This document shows, piece after piece, positions 30,488 to 41,111 of a stretch of 64,000 nt of DNA. A program made the translations under genes and the position numbers. Position 1 is the stretch's first letter; every line of letters starts with the position of its first letter. Source of the DNA: an uncultured Bacillota bacterium (GTDB lineage Bacteria; Sysuimicrobiota; Sysuimicrobiia; Sysuimicrobiales; Segetimicrobiaceae); the NCBI GenBank assembly GCA_963804645.1, contig CAWDRG010000005.1, forward strand, positions 296,089-360,088, written 5' to 3'. The notes below the pieces were generated by a model, which saw only the letters and a list, made by a program, of their open reading frames with translations, made no database searches and was not told where the DNA came from.

Positions 30488-31506
30488 ATGAAGGCGGTAC
30501 TGCTGTACGGCGAGCGCGATCTGCGGGTCGGCACGCTGCCCGATCCCGTCCCGGGCCCCGGCGAACTGCTGCTGCGCGTGCGCGAGGTCGGGGTGTGCGG
30601 CAGCGACCTGCATTTCTACCGTCAGGACGGGATCGCCCCGATCGACCCCAGTGATCCGCTCGTGCTCGGCCACGAGTTTTCCGCCGAGATCGCGGACGAT
30701 CGCGGCACGGCGATCGGGCTCCCGCCCGGCCGCCTGGTCGCCGTCGATCCGGCGCGGCCGTGCGAACGCTGCGAGTGGTGCCATCGCGGCGACGTCAACC
30801 TCTGTCCCCACCAGCGGTTCGCGGGCACCCCGGGCATGCACGGCGGGCTCGCCGAGTACCACACCGCGCCCCCGGACGCGATCGTGCCGCTGCCCGAGGA
30901 GTTTGACGCGACGACCGCCGCGCTGTTGGAGCCGCTCGGGGTCGCCGTGCAGGCGCTCGACCTCGCCCACCTGCGCCCGCTGGACACCGTGGCGGTGCTC
31001 GGGGCCGGCCCGATCGGCCTCCTGGTCGCCCAGGTCGCGCGGGCGTCCGGGGCGGGACGGGTGTACGTCGTCGATCCGCTCCGCTACCGGCAGGACGCAG
31101 CGCGCCGGCTGGAGGTCGACGGCGTGGCCGAGCATGCGGACGCGGTGCTCGGATGGACACAGGGGCGCGGGGTCGATGTCGTGCTCGAGGCGACCAACGC
31201 CCCCTCCGGCGCGGCGGACGCCGCGGAGATCGCACGGATCGGGGGACGCATCGTGCTCGTCGGCATCCCCGAAGGCGACGCGCTGACCTTCAAGGCGTCG
31301 CTCGTCAGGCGCAAGGGGCTGACCGTCAAGTTCCAGCGGCGGATGGGCCGCGTGTATCCGCGCGCGATCGAGATGGTGCGCAGCGCGCGCGTCCGCCTGG
31401 CCCCGGTCGCCACCCACCGGGCGCCGCTCGACCGGACACCGAAGCCTTTGCGCTGCAGGAGAACTACCGGGACGGTGTGATCAAGACGATGATCGTGGTC
31501 CGCTAG
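30488..31506 (+). CDS. Zn-dependent alcohol/polyol dehydrogenase; frameshift near 31440
   Basis: GVCGSDLH, LGHE, CERCEWC...C, LLEPL and GAGPIG. Confidence 0.92.
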
Positions 31507-31687
31507 GCACGCGCCGGGTCCGGCCCGCGCGCGGATCGGGGCGCTCCCGCATCCACCGCGGGCCGAGCGGCGTGATCACCGGGACGTCGGGGACGAGATT
31601 AGCCGCGCCGGCGAAACGCCCTGCGGTATGGCACTAGCCGAGCAACACGAAGCTGGACGGGTCAGACGCGTCCCGCGTCGTTCGACC

Positions 31688-32794
31688 TCAATCCCACGAG
31701 TCGTCTTCCCGGTCCAAGGATGCGCCCGCGGCAGCCAACGTCCGCGAGCGAGAGGCGTCCAGCACCCGTGCCGCCGAGCGCCACGTCCGCACCGGCCCGT
31801 CGGGGCCGATCATGTGGCGCCACCTCGCGATCCCTGTCGGCGCGAGCAGCACCAGGATGGGCAGCGCCGCGGCGCCGGGGCCCCAGAGCACCAAGGCGAG
31901 CGCGCTGGCCCCCGTGAGCGCGCACAGGCGGTACACGTGCGCGACCGCCTGCGTCGACGACAGGCCGGTGTCCAGCAAGCGGTGCGGCAAATGGTCCCGC
32001 CCGGTCGACGTAATGACGCGCAGCGGGTGCCGCATGTCCCGCCGGTAGCGTCGCAGGTGTACGAGCACGAAATCAACCACCGGCACGCTGAGCACGAGGA
32101 GCGGAGCAATCCATGACCCGGTGACCTCGGGCGCGGCCAAGGCCGCGCTGAGCCCGCCCAACAGAAACCCGAGCATCAGGCTCCCGGTATCGCCGAGGAA
32201 GATGCGCGCCGGCGGGAAGTTGTACCGGAGAAATCCGAGGGCCGCCCCGACCACGCTGAACGCGGCCACCGCCACCCCGAGCCGCCCCATCGCGATCGCC
32301 ACCGCGGCGAGGGCGAGCCCGGCGACCACGACGACGCCCGACGCCATGCCGTCGGTGCAGTCGAGGCAGTTCATCGCGTTGGCCACGCCCACGATCCACA
32401 GCACCGCAAGGATCTGCCCCGCCCACGGCCACGGCAGGCTCACCTGAAACCCGCCGATCCACACGATGAGCGAGACGACAATCGCCTCGACGACCAACTT
32501 CCAGGCGCCGGCTTCCCAGATGTCGTCGATGATCCCGATCGCGCCGAACACCGCGGCGCCGGCGAGCAGCAGGACCATTTGGATCGGCACCACGGGACGC
32601 AGCCACAGGATCGTCGCCGCGGCGAACGCCAGATAGACCGCGACGCCGCCGAGCAGCGGAGTGGGCTCGGCGTGCAGCTTGCGGCCCCCGGGCACGTCCA
32701 CCACGCCCCACCGCGCGGCCAGCACACGGCACACGGGCGTGAGGAGCAGCGCTCCCGCGCACGCGGTCAGGCAGGCAAGAACGAGGTTACTCGT
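31688..32794 (-). CDS. MraY/WecA/TagO-family undecaprenyl-phosphate sugar-1-phosphate transferase
   Basis: DVPGGRKLH..PTPLLGG, GIIDD, NAMNCLDCTDG, YNFPPARIFLGDTGS and DHLPHRL. Confidence 0.92.
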   Translation of the reverse strand, partial: TSNLVLACLTACAGALLLTPVCRVLAARWGVVDVPGGRKLHAEPTPLLGGVAVYLAFAAATILWLRPVVPIQMVLLLAGAAVFGAIGIIDDIWEAGAWKLVVEAIVVSLIVWIGGFQVSLPWPWAGQILAVLWIVGVANAMNCLDCTDGMASGVVVVAGLALAAVAIAMGRLGVAVAAFSVVGAALGFLRYNFPPARIFLGDTGSLMLGFLLGGLSAALAAPEVTGSWIAPLLVLSVPVVDFVLVHLRRYRRDMRHPLRVITSTGRDHLPHRLLDTGLSSTQAVAHVYRLCALTGASALALVLWGPGAAALPILVLLAPTGIARWRHMIGPDGPVRTWRSAARVLDASRSRTLAAAGASLDREDDSWD

Positions 32795-33864
32795 AGCGGA
32801 GCCTCCTTTCGACGCGAGCGGCCAGCCGAGGCGCACTCGTACGCGAGCGCGTCCACCACCGTCTCGACGTCGGCGTCGGCCAGCGACGGATAGATCGGCA
32901 GCGAGAGCGCGGTGCGCATCGCCTCGTCCGCGTGGGGAAAGCCGTCCTCCCCCACGTACCGGTGGAGCGGGCTGAACACCGGCCGCTTGGCCTCGATCCC
33001 GCGCCGCTCGAGGCCGCCGGCGAGCCGCGCCGCATCGTCCACGCGCACCACGTACCGGTAGAAAATGTGTCCGCACTCGGGCGGCACCGCGGGGCGCGCC
33101 ACGCCGGCGGCGGCAAGCCGCTCGCCGTAGCACGCCGCGAGGGCCCGGCGGCGCGCCAGGAACCCGGGCAGGCGCTTGAGCTGACTCAGTCCGAGTGCCG
33201 CCTGAAACTCCGTCATCTTGTAGTTGAAGCGGGGCACGAGGGTCGGCCGTCCATCGTAATCGCGGGCGTCCCGGGCCCGGTCCAGGAGGCGCGGGTCATC
33301 GGCGACCAGCATCCCGCCCTCTCCGGTCGTCAGCACCTTCGTCGCGTAGAAGGAATAGATCCCAACCGTCCCCAACCCGCCCACCGGGCGGCCGCGGTGC
33401 GTCGCGCCGATCGCCTGGGCGCAGTCTTCGATGATCGGGATCCCCAGCGCCGCGAGGGCGGGCACATCTGCGGGGAGCCCGAACATGTGGGGCACGATGA
33501 TCGCGCGGGTGGCCGGCGTGAGCGCGCGGCGCGCCTCCGCGGCGGTCAGGTTGTACGTCTGCGGATCGACGTCCGCCAAACGCGGGGTCGCCCCGACCAG
33601 GCGCACGGCGTGGAGCAGGGCGACGCACGTATAGGACGGCACGAGCACCTCGTCGCCGGGACCGATGCCGAGCCCGAGCAGCGCCAAGTGCAGCGCGCTC
33701 GTCCCGGAGTTGGTCGCGACCGCGTCGCGCCGGCCGCACGCGGCGGCGATCCGCTCCTCGAAGCGGCGGACCCCCGCCCCTTGGGCCAGCTGGCCCGAGG
33801 CGAGACTCTCGGCCACGGCCGACAGATCCTCCGGGCCGATCGTCGGCTTCGAGTGCGCGATCAT
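32767..33864 (-). CDS. DegT/DnrJ/EryC1/StrS sugar aminotransferase
   Basis: NSGTSALH, IIEDCAQAIG, SFYATKVLTTGEGG and LSLPIYP. Confidence 0.95.
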   Translation of the reverse strand: MIAHSKPTIGPEDLSAVAESLASGQLAQGAGVRRFEERIAAACGRRDAVATNSGTSALHLALLGLGIGPGDEVLVPSYTCVALLHAVRLVGATPRLADVDPQTYNLTAAEARRALTPATRAIIVPHMFGLPADVPALAALGIPIIEDCAQAIGATHRGRPVGGLGTVGIYSFYATKVLTTGEGGMLVADDPRLLDRARDARDYDGRPTLVPRFNYKMTEFQAALGLSQLKRLPGFLARRRALAACYGERLAAAGVARPAVPPECGHIFYRYVVRVDDAARLAGGLERRGIEAKRPVFSPLHRYVGEDGFPHADEAMRTALSLPIYPSLADADVETVVDALAYECASAGRSRRKEAPLRVTSFLPA

Positions 33865-34568
33865 ACCACGATCCGCCGGCACTCAAATGCCTCCGCCGCG
33901 TCAACGCCGACCTCGGCGCCGCGCAGCCGGCTCAGGTGCTCGAGGTTCTCGAGGCTGCCGCTGTCGGGAAACGGACGCAGCTGCGACGCGTGGCACGCGA
34001 GCGCATCCAGTTTCGCCCCGAGCCACTCGGAGATGTCGACGTAGAAATCCGGCCGGAACGGGGTATCACGCCAGCCGAGCTGGGGCGCGTCGCACGTCAG
34101 CACCAGATCGATGAACGGCTTGTGCCGCCGCAGGTGCGGCCGGCACGCGGCGAACCCGGCGGTGAAGACGGCGACGTGATCCTGGTTGAACGACGGCTCG
34201 GGAAGAATGAGCGCGGTCGGACGCACCGCGTCGATCGCGTACGTCGACTCCCGCTCGATCTTGGCGATCAGGTCGCGCTGCGGAACGGCGTCGAGCCGGA
34301 GATGGGATTCCGAGTCGGTGTACAGCACCTCGTGCCCGTCCACCCCGAGCCGGCGCATCGACGCCGCGAGCTCGGTCGTCCGGGTCTCTGCGGACACCAC
34401 CGGGCGGCCCTCAGCGTAATGCTGGAGCCCGCCGATGGAGGCGACGATCACGTACACCTCGCCTCCGGCGGCCTTGGTCCTGGCGATCGTGCCGGCGCAC
34501 CCGTACGCCTCGTCATCCGCGTGCGGCATGACCACTAACAACCGCTGGGTCGACCAAAAGTCGCTCAT
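33861..34568 (-). CDS. PIG-L family deacetylase
   Basis: PHADDE, NQDH, KLDALACHASQ and AEAF. Confidence 0.92.
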   Translation of the reverse strand: MSDFWSTQRLLVVMPHADDEAYGCAGTIARTKAAGGEVYVIVASIGGLQHYAEGRPVVSAETRTTELAASMRRLGVDGHEVLYTDSESHLRLDAVPQRDLIAKIERESTYAIDAVRPTALILPEPSFNQDHVAVFTAGFAACRPHLRRHKPFIDLVLTCDAPQLGWRDTPFRPDFYVDISEWLGAKLDALACHASQLRPFPDSGSLENLEHLSRLRGAEVGVDAAEAFECRRIVV

Positions 34569-35437
34569 GGGGTCTCCGAACAGTGCGCAGCTTCACAATC
34601 AGTATAGAAGCCGCCCTCCGAGGCCGCGGCCCGGCAAAGGGACGAATCGTCCGTCTCGTCCGAACGACCCCTTCCAAACGCGGGGTCCAGCGGCAGGGAC
34701 GCCCCGGATGGCACCGGTCCGGGGGCAGCTGGCTCGTCCGGGCGCGCCGACGGCCGCTCCATCAACACCGCCAGGCTGCGGTCGCCTTCATTAAAGAGCA
34801 GGTCTAGAATCGACAGTTCCGGCAGAAATCCGCACTGCGGGTACTGCTGCCGGTACGTCGGGCACTGCCACGTCTGCCGCCGCACCTCGATCCCATATGG
34901 CGCGAACGCCGCGGGGTCGAAATGATGGCCCACCGCGAAATCGCCGGTCAGATACACCGTCGCGTCGACCGCCCGGCACAGCTCGATCAACCGCTCGGTC
35001 CCCTTCCCGGGGATCCCCAGGTCGGAGCTCCGCACCAGCCGGGTGCGGATGCCCAGCGCCGGCAGGAGCAGCCCGAGGGCGTACTCGATGCAGTCGAACA
35101 GCGACGTCCAGGGTCGGTCGTAGATCGAATCGATAAGGTCGCGATACCGGGCGTAGTACGGCGCCTTGGCGTAGTTGTTCGCGAGCGCCGTCCGATGCTT
35201 CGCCCGCCAGCGCGTGCCCGCGTTGATGTCCACGTCGCGGATCGCCTTCCCGACGGGATCCAGGACGGGCACGGTCAGGAGCATCGACCCCTGCGCGTGC
35301 TTGATCTTGACCCGGTTCTGATAGCCGTTCTTGGTGAACTGGACGTCGTCGAGCAGGATAAACACGTCGCAGCGGGCCAGCTTGTCGAACCACCGGATCC
35401 ACGGCAGGTAGTGGGGCTGATGCGCGCCGACGATCAT
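34565..35437 (-). CDS. WbqC-family protein
   Basis: HQPHYLPW...DDVQF...NR, YRQ...LSILDLLFNEG. Confidence 0.92.
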   Translation of the reverse strand: MIVGAHQPHYLPWIRWFDKLARCDVFILLDDVQFTKNGYQNRVKIKHAQGSMLLTVPVLDPVGKAIRDVDINAGTRWRAKHRTALANNYAKAPYYARYRDLIDSIYDRPWTSLFDCIEYALGLLLPALGIRTRLVRSSDLGIPGKGTERLIELCRAVDATVYLTGDFAVGHHFDPAAFAPYGIEVRRQTWQCPTYRQQYPQCGFLPELSILDLLFNEGDRSLAVLMERPSARPDEPAAPGPVPSGASLPLDPAFGRGRSDETDDSSLCRAAASEGGFYTDCEAAHCSETP

Positions 35438-36447
35438 CGCTCAACGCCCCCCGCGGGCACCGTGTCCCGCGCGCCGTCCACGAACCGGTGCTCCCGGCAC
35501 CACTGAATCGTGCGCAAGAGACCGTCCTCGAGCCGCACCTGGGGCGCGTAGTCGAGCACGCGCGCCGCCTTGCGGAGGTCGGGCACCCGGCGCGGCGTGT
35601 CCTCGAAGTACTGCCCGTAGAAATCGCGGTACGGGACCAGTTGAATCGCCGACTCCGAGTCGGTCAGGCGCTTCGCCAGGCACGCGAGGTCGTACATGGT
35701 GATCTCGGCGTCGTTCCCGATGTTGAACACGTGTCCCTCGGCCTCGGGCACCGCGGACGCGAGCAGCACGCCGCGCACGGTGTCGTCGACGTAGGAGAAG
35801 CAGCGTGTCTGCCGTCCGTCGCCGTGCACCGTCAGCGGGCGGCCGTTGAGCGCTTGGTGAATGAAGCGGGCCACCACCGTGCCGTAGCCGTTCTCGTGGA
35901 TGCGCGGCCCGTACACGTTGAAAAAGCGCAGTATGACCGCGGGCAGTCCGCGCGCGGCGTACGCGTAGGCGAAGTGCTCGTCGATCGCCTTCGACGAGGA
36001 ATACGACCACCGCGCGACCGTCGTCGGCCCGAGGACGCGGTCGTCGTCCTCGCTCAGCGGCACCTTCGCCGACTTGCCGTACACTTCCGACGACGACGCG
36101 ATCACGACCTTGCGCCAGAAGCGGAACGCGGCGCGCAGGACGTTCTCAGTGCCCTCCACGTTCGCGCTGATCGCGCTGAGGGGATCGTCGACGATGTACC
36201 GGACGCCGACCGCGGCCGCGAGGTGGAACACCAGATCCGCCCCCTCGACGAGACGGTTGACCACATCCGCGTTGAGGATCGTGTCGTTCACGAGCGTGAA
36301 GCCCGGGCGCCCGAGGTGATGGCGTATGTTTTCGATCCGTCCGGTCGACAGGTGATCGAGCACACAGACGGTGTCGCCCCGCGCGATCAGCTGATCCACC
36401 AAGTGCGAGCCGATAAACCCGGCTCCCCCCGTGACAAGTACCCGCAT
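35434..36447 (-). CDS. NAD-dependent nucleotide-sugar epimerase/dehydratase
   Basis: VTGGAGFIGSH, SSSEVYG, YSSSK and RFFNVYGP. Confidence 0.95.
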   Translation of the reverse strand: MRVLVTGGAGFIGSHLVDQLIARGDTVCVLDHLSTGRIENIRHHLGRPGFTLVNDTILNADVVNRLVEGADLVFHLAAAVGVRYIVDDPLSAISANVEGTENVLRAAFRFWRKVVIASSSEVYGKSAKVPLSEDDDRVLGPTTVARWSYSSSKAIDEHFAYAYAARGLPAVILRFFNVYGPRIHENGYGTVVARFIHQALNGRPLTVHGDGRQTRCFSYVDDTVRGVLLASAVPEAEGHVFNIGNDAEITMYDLACLAKRLTDSESAIQLVPYRDFYGQYFEDTPRRVPDLRKAARVLDYAPQVRLEDGLLRTIQWCREHRFVDGARDTVPAGGVER

Positions 36448-36492
36448 CGTTGTCTCCTCCGTCTCTGCGAGTCGGCCGCGTGCGCTGCTGCG

Positions 36493-37664
36493 CTACGTGA
36501 CCGCCGCCACCGTGTGCGTGTAGAGCTCGTCGAGCTGGTCGAGCATCGCCGCGATCCCGTACGGCTCGGCCGACGCCCGGGCATGCGCGGCCATCCGCTC
36601 CCGGAGCGGGCGCTCCGTCAGGCATCGGACGATCGCCCGGCCGAGGGCTGGGACGTCGCCGGGGGGGACCAAGAGCCCGGTCTCGCCGTCCCGCACCACA
36701 TCCTGCAGCCCGCTGATCCGCGACCCGACGACCGGCCGGCCCGCCGCCAGCGCCTCGACCGCGGCGCGCCCCATCCCCTCATTGCGCGAGGGCAGCACGA
36801 CGAGGTCGAACATCGGCAGGAGCTCGGCGACGTCGTCGCGCACGCCGAGAAAGACGACGGCATCGCGGAGTCCCCGCGCGGCCGCCGCGGCTTCGAGGCT
36901 GGACCGCAGCGGGCCGTCGCCGACGAACACGACCGTCGCCCCCGGCACCGCAGCCCGCACGGCCGGCCAGGCGTCCAGCAAACAGTCCACGCCCTTGACG
37001 GGAACCAGGCGCGCGACACAGCCGACGAGGGGGCCCGCCCCATCGAGACCGAGCGATCGCCGCGTCGCCTCGGGGGGATCCGGGGCGTGCTAAAGCGCTC
37101 GAGATCCACACCGCTGTGGATCACCTCGAACTTCCGGGGCGGGCCGATCCGATAGCGAAGGTGATCATCCCGTTCCGCGTCGGTCAGACACACGATGCGG
37201 TGCGTCCAGCGCGCCATCACCCGCTCGACGCGAATGAGCGCGCCCGATCCGGCGCGGGACAGATAGTCGTGGAACGCATGCCCATGCGGCGTGTGGATCA
37301 CGACCGGGACGCGCGCCCACCGCGCGGCGATGCGGCCCAAGAGGCCCGCTTTGGTCGTGTGCGTGTGCACGATCTGATACCGCCCGCGCCGCATGAGCGC
37401 GTACAGACGCGCGACCGCGACCGCATCGTTCGCGGGATGGGGATCGCGGAGCAGCTCCGGCACGCGGACGAACGAAGCGTCGGCCGCGATCCGCGCCTCC
37501 AGGCTGCCCTCCTGCCCGAGCGTCGGCCCGCTCGCGAGGGTCACGTCGTAGCGCGTGCGATCGAGCCCGGCGACCGTGAGCAGCGTATTCTCCTGCGCCC
37601 CGCCGACGATCAGCCGGGTAATCACGTGCAGCACTCGAATCCGCCCGGAGGCCGCGGTCCTCAT
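36493..37664 (-). CDS. GT4 glycosyltransferase; frameshift near 37050
   Basis: VLHVITRLIVGGAQEN, VHTHTTKAG and PSRNEGMGRAAVEALAAG. Confidence 0.88.
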
Positions 37665-38806
37665 GCCTGCGGCTCCGCCGCCCAGGCATCGCGCAGCGTC
37701 GTCCGCCACGCCGCCTGCAGCTGCTCGGCCCGCCGCCGCCCCGCCTGCCCGAGGCGCTCGGCCTCCGCGTGGTCGAGGAGCAGCCGGGTGAGGGCCTCGG
37801 CCACCTCGTCGACGCTCAGGGGATCCACGAGCACGCCGGTCTCACCGTCGAGCACGGCGTCTTCGACCCCGCCGCTCCGCCCTCCCACGACCGCCCGCCC
37901 GCAGGCCCCGGCTTCAAGAAACACGATCCCGAACCCCTCGATCCCATCCCGCTGCGCGAGCGCGCGGCTCGGCATCGCAAACACGTCGCACGCGGCGTAG
38001 TAGGCGGGCAGCTCCTCCTCGGACACGCGCCCCGCGAATACGACGTCCGCGTCGCAGCCGAGTTCGCGGGCGAGTGCGGCCAGCCTCGGCTGCTCCGGCC
38101 CGCTGCCGACGATCAGATAGCGCACCGGCCCCACCGCGGCCCGCACGCGGGGGAGCGCTCGCAGCACGACGTCGTGGCCCTTGCGTTCGATCAGCCGGCC
38201 CACGGTCAGGATCACGCGCGCGCCGTCCAGCCCGTGCCGGGTCCGCACCGCGCGCGTATCCAGGCTTGGGCGGAACCGGTCGGTATCCGCGCCGATCGTG
38301 AGCACGTCCGTGTGCGGATGCTGGGCGCCGAGCGCCGCGTAGTACTGGTTCGTGAACGCGCTGTTCACGACGACGCGGTGGGCACGCGCGATGATGGTCC
38401 GCACGGCATCGCGCACGGCCCGCCACCGCAGGAACGGCGCCATCTCGCCGCCGTGAAGGTAGAGGACGTACGGCGTCCGACACAGCCGGCGGAGCGCTAA
38501 GCCGACCGGTCCGAGGTACAGGTGGGCGACGTGGACGACGCCGATGCGCTCCCGCCGGACGATCCAGGCCGCCTGCACGCTGAACAGCGCGATCTGAAGG
38601 AACCGGGCGAACGGGTACGGCCGGTCCGGCGCCCATCGGCGGATCACGCGGTAGGGCAGCGCCGCGTCGACGGCGCGGTCACCCGGCATCCGGGGCGCGA
38701 GCACGAAGACCGCCTCGGGCGGCAGCTCCGCGCAGATGGCGGCGTACCAGGTAGATTCGCCGCCCGGCAGCGGGGGGAAGTCGTGGGTCACCAGGAGCGC
38801 CCTCAT
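37661..38806 (-). CDS. GT4 glycosyltransferase (PimB-like)
   Basis: THDFPP..GG, VGRLIERKG and EGFGIVFLEA. Confidence 0.92.
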   Translation of the reverse strand: MRALLVTHDFPPLPGGESTWYAAICAELPPEAVFVLAPRMPGDRAVDAALPYRVIRRWAPDRPYPFARFLQIALFSVQAAWIVRRERIGVVHVAHLYLGPVGLALRRLCRTPYVLYLHGGEMAPFLRWRAVRDAVRTIIARAHRVVVNSAFTNQYYAALGAQHPHTDVLTIGADTDRFRPSLDTRAVRTRHGLDGARVILTVGRLIERKGHDVVLRALPRVRAAVGPVRYLIVGSGPEQPRLAALARELGCDADVVFAGRVSEEELPAYYAACDVFAMPSRALAQRDGIEGFGIVFLEAGACGRAVVGGRSGGVEDAVLDGETGVLVDPLSVDEVAEALTRLLLDHAEAERLGQAGRRRAEQLQAAWRTTLRDAWAAEPQA

Positions 38807-40122
38807 CCCGCGAGCCCCACGAAGTACGGCAGCTTCCCGGACGGCAGGCGCATCAACTGGTCCACCGCCTCGACGCGCACGCGCCACGCTGGTCCGAACG
38901 CCTCGATGCCCGCCTCCGACGCTCGCGCGAGATCCTGCGGGGCCGCCTCCGTCCGGTCGACGCGCAACACCACGGCATCGGGTGCGGGCTGCGTCACCTG
39001 CACCGCGCCCGCGAGATGCGCCGGCAACAGGCGCATGAAGCGGTCCACCCGCGGGCGGGCCAGCTCGCCTCCGCCGTCGCCGATCAGGCGGTCGCGTTCG
39101 CGCCCGACCACCCGAAGGACCGGGAGGCCGCGGCCGCACCGGCAGCCGTCTGGAAGCAGGAGCCCCACGTCCCCGGTCTCGTAGCGGATGAGGGGGCAGC
39201 GGCGGTTTCGGAGATGAGTCGCGAGCAGTCGGCCCACCCCCGTGCCATCCTCCGATGGAGGGGTCTCCACAAACACCGTCTCTGCACTAACGTGCAGTGC
39301 GCCGTGGGGGCACTCGAACGCGACGGAGCCGAGCTCGCCGCTGCCGTACTCTTCCGCAACGGGACACTGAAACGCCTCGACGATCTGGTCCCGCTGTACC
39401 CCGTAGACCGGCTCCCCGGTCAGGACGATCATCCGCAGTCGCAACCGCGCCTGGCCCGCTCCCGCCGCGCGGGCGAGCCGGTGTACCGCCGACGGATAGC
39501 CGTACAGCACCGCGGGCGCAAAGCGCGCGATCGTCCGCAGCGCCTGCGGGGCCTCGCCGTCGAACCGATCGTCCACGGGGACGCGCCGCCAATTCAGCAT
39601 CCAGTCCTTCGCCCTCGACACCAGCGCGTGGCGGCGCGAGCCCGACGACTGTCCGAGGAGCAGGCAGATCGGGTCCGACGGATCGATCCCCCACCACCGG
39701 AACCCGCGCCACGTCCCGGCGATATACCAGGCGTACGTCTCGCGATCGACCGGGATCGTGACCGGCGCGCTCCCGCTCCCGCCGGAGGTTCGGTGCAGTC
39801 CACGGCGGCCCGCGGTCACGATCTCCTGCGTGTGGCGCACGAGCTCGTCGCGCCGCAGCGGGGGCAGCCGGTCGACCCCGTCGCGCCGCAGCGGCGACCA
39901 TCCGGCCTCGCGCAGGCGTCGCCGATAGAACGGACTCGATGCATCGGCCGCCGTCAAGGTGGCCTGCAGCCAGTCGGCCTGCCGTTCCCGCAGCAGCTCG
40001 GGACTCCACCACTCCGCCTCGTCGTACAGCGCGGACGCCTTGTCGAGCAGCCCGTGGACCACGACGCGGCACCCCGCGCGGCGCAGGCGCTCGAGCGGGC
40101 GCGGGACCGTGCGCACTGCCAT
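38803..40122 (-). CDS. Phenylacetate-CoA ligase-like adenylate-forming protein (CapK-like)
   Basis: TSGGSG, YGYPS, EEYGSGE, PLIRYETGD, GRERD and SGK. Confidence 0.88.
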   Translation of the reverse strand: MAVRTVPRPLERLRRAGCRVVVHGLLDKASALYDEAEWWSPELLRERQADWLQATLTAADASSPFYRRRLREAGWSPLRRDGVDRLPPLRRDELVRHTQEIVTAGRRGLHRTSGGSGSAPVTIPVDRETYAWYIAGTWRGFRWWGIDPSDPICLLLGQSSGSRRHALVSRAKDWMLNWRRVPVDDRFDGEAPQALRTIARFAPAVLYGYPSAVHRLARAAGAGQARLRLRMIVLTGEPVYGVQRDQIVEAFQCPVAEEYGSGELGSVAFECPHGALHVSAETVFVETPPSEDGTGVGRLLATHLRNRRCPLIRYETGDVGLLLPDGCRCGRGLPVLRVVGRERDRLIGDGGGELARPRVDRFMRLLPAHLAGAVQVTQPAPDAVVLRVDRTEAAPQDLARASEAGIEAFGPAWRVRVEAVDQLMRLPSGKLPYFVGLAG

Positions 40123-41078
40123 CACAGGGAGTCCTTCTGCAAGGTGCGCATGCCCCACGCGTAGCCGGCGCCGTAGGCCGCGAGCGTCGCTAGGTAGATC
40201 CACCGGAGCGTGGCGAGCGCGCCGACCAGCCGGCCCACGTACCGGCCCGCCCGCCGCGGGGCGTCGGTCGTCGGCACAGGACGGCCGTGCTCCAACGCCT
40301 GATCGATGACGAACTCCGGGTAGAACTTGGCGACGTAGGCCGCGCCGGCGCCATTTCGGAAATACTGCGCCAGGATGCCTCGGAGCGTGCCGGGCAGCAG
40401 ATGGTGAATCCACGCGTGCGGCAGAACGACCACGCGGTAGCCTGACGCGCGCACTTCCGCCCTGAGGTAGGGATCGAGCCCCCGCGGGATCCACTCGTGC
40501 TCGCCGCCGACCTGGCAAAATACGTCGCGCCGCACCGCGAGGCACGGATGCTCGACCATGTCGCTGTCGGTGACCACCGCGACCGTGCGCGACGTGCGGC
40601 GCGGGAGCTCTCGCATCGCGCGGCGGACGATCCACGGCACGTCCGCGGGGACAAGATTCGACACCCCCGCCATCCCGATCGACGCGTCCGCATCGAACGC
40701 GTCGACGATGCGCCGAAGCAGATCGTCGTGGCCGATGCGGGTGTCGTCGTCCATCGTGACGAGGATGTCCCCGCGGGCCAGCGCCGCGCCGGTGTTGATC
40801 GCCCGTCCCTGGCGCCGATCCCCGGCGACGACGATCACCTCGATGCGCTGGTAGGTCTGGCGCGTCAGCTGCGCGAGCAGCCGGTCGAGATTACCGCCCC
40901 GCCGTCCATCCGCGGTGGGGATGATCACGGTGATGCGCAGGCCCGCGCCGGCGTCCCGTCCCGATATGCGTCGGACGCGGGGCGGCGGCCCGTCGAGGCG
41001 GTAGCGAACGAATGCGCTCCGCCCGGCGACCCCTTCGGCCGCCAGCGCGGCTGCGTCCCCGTTGACCAACACCGCCAT
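40122..41078 (-). CDS. GT2 glycosyltransferase
   Basis: ITVIIPT, AINTGAALARGDILVTMDDD; the start is uncertain (ORF open to 41111). Confidence 0.85.
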   Translation of the reverse strand: MAVLVNGDAAALAAEGVAGRSAFVRYRLDGPPPRVRRISGRDAGAGLRITVIIPTADGRRGGNLDRLLAQLTRQTYQRIEVIVVAGDRRQGRAINTGAALARGDILVTMDDDTRIGHDDLLRRIVDAFDADASIGMAGVSNLVPADVPWIVRRAMRELPRRTSRTVAVVTDSDMVEHPCLAVRRDVFCQVGGEHEWIPRGLDPYLRAEVRASGYRVVVLPHAWIHHLLPGTLRGILAQYFRNGAGAAYVAKFYPEFVIDQALEHGRPVPTTDAPRRAGRYVGRLVGALATLRWIYLATLAAYGAGYAWGMRTLQKDSL

Positions 41079-41111
41079 CAGCGCCTCCCCGTGATCAGCA
41101 CCGGCCGCCAC

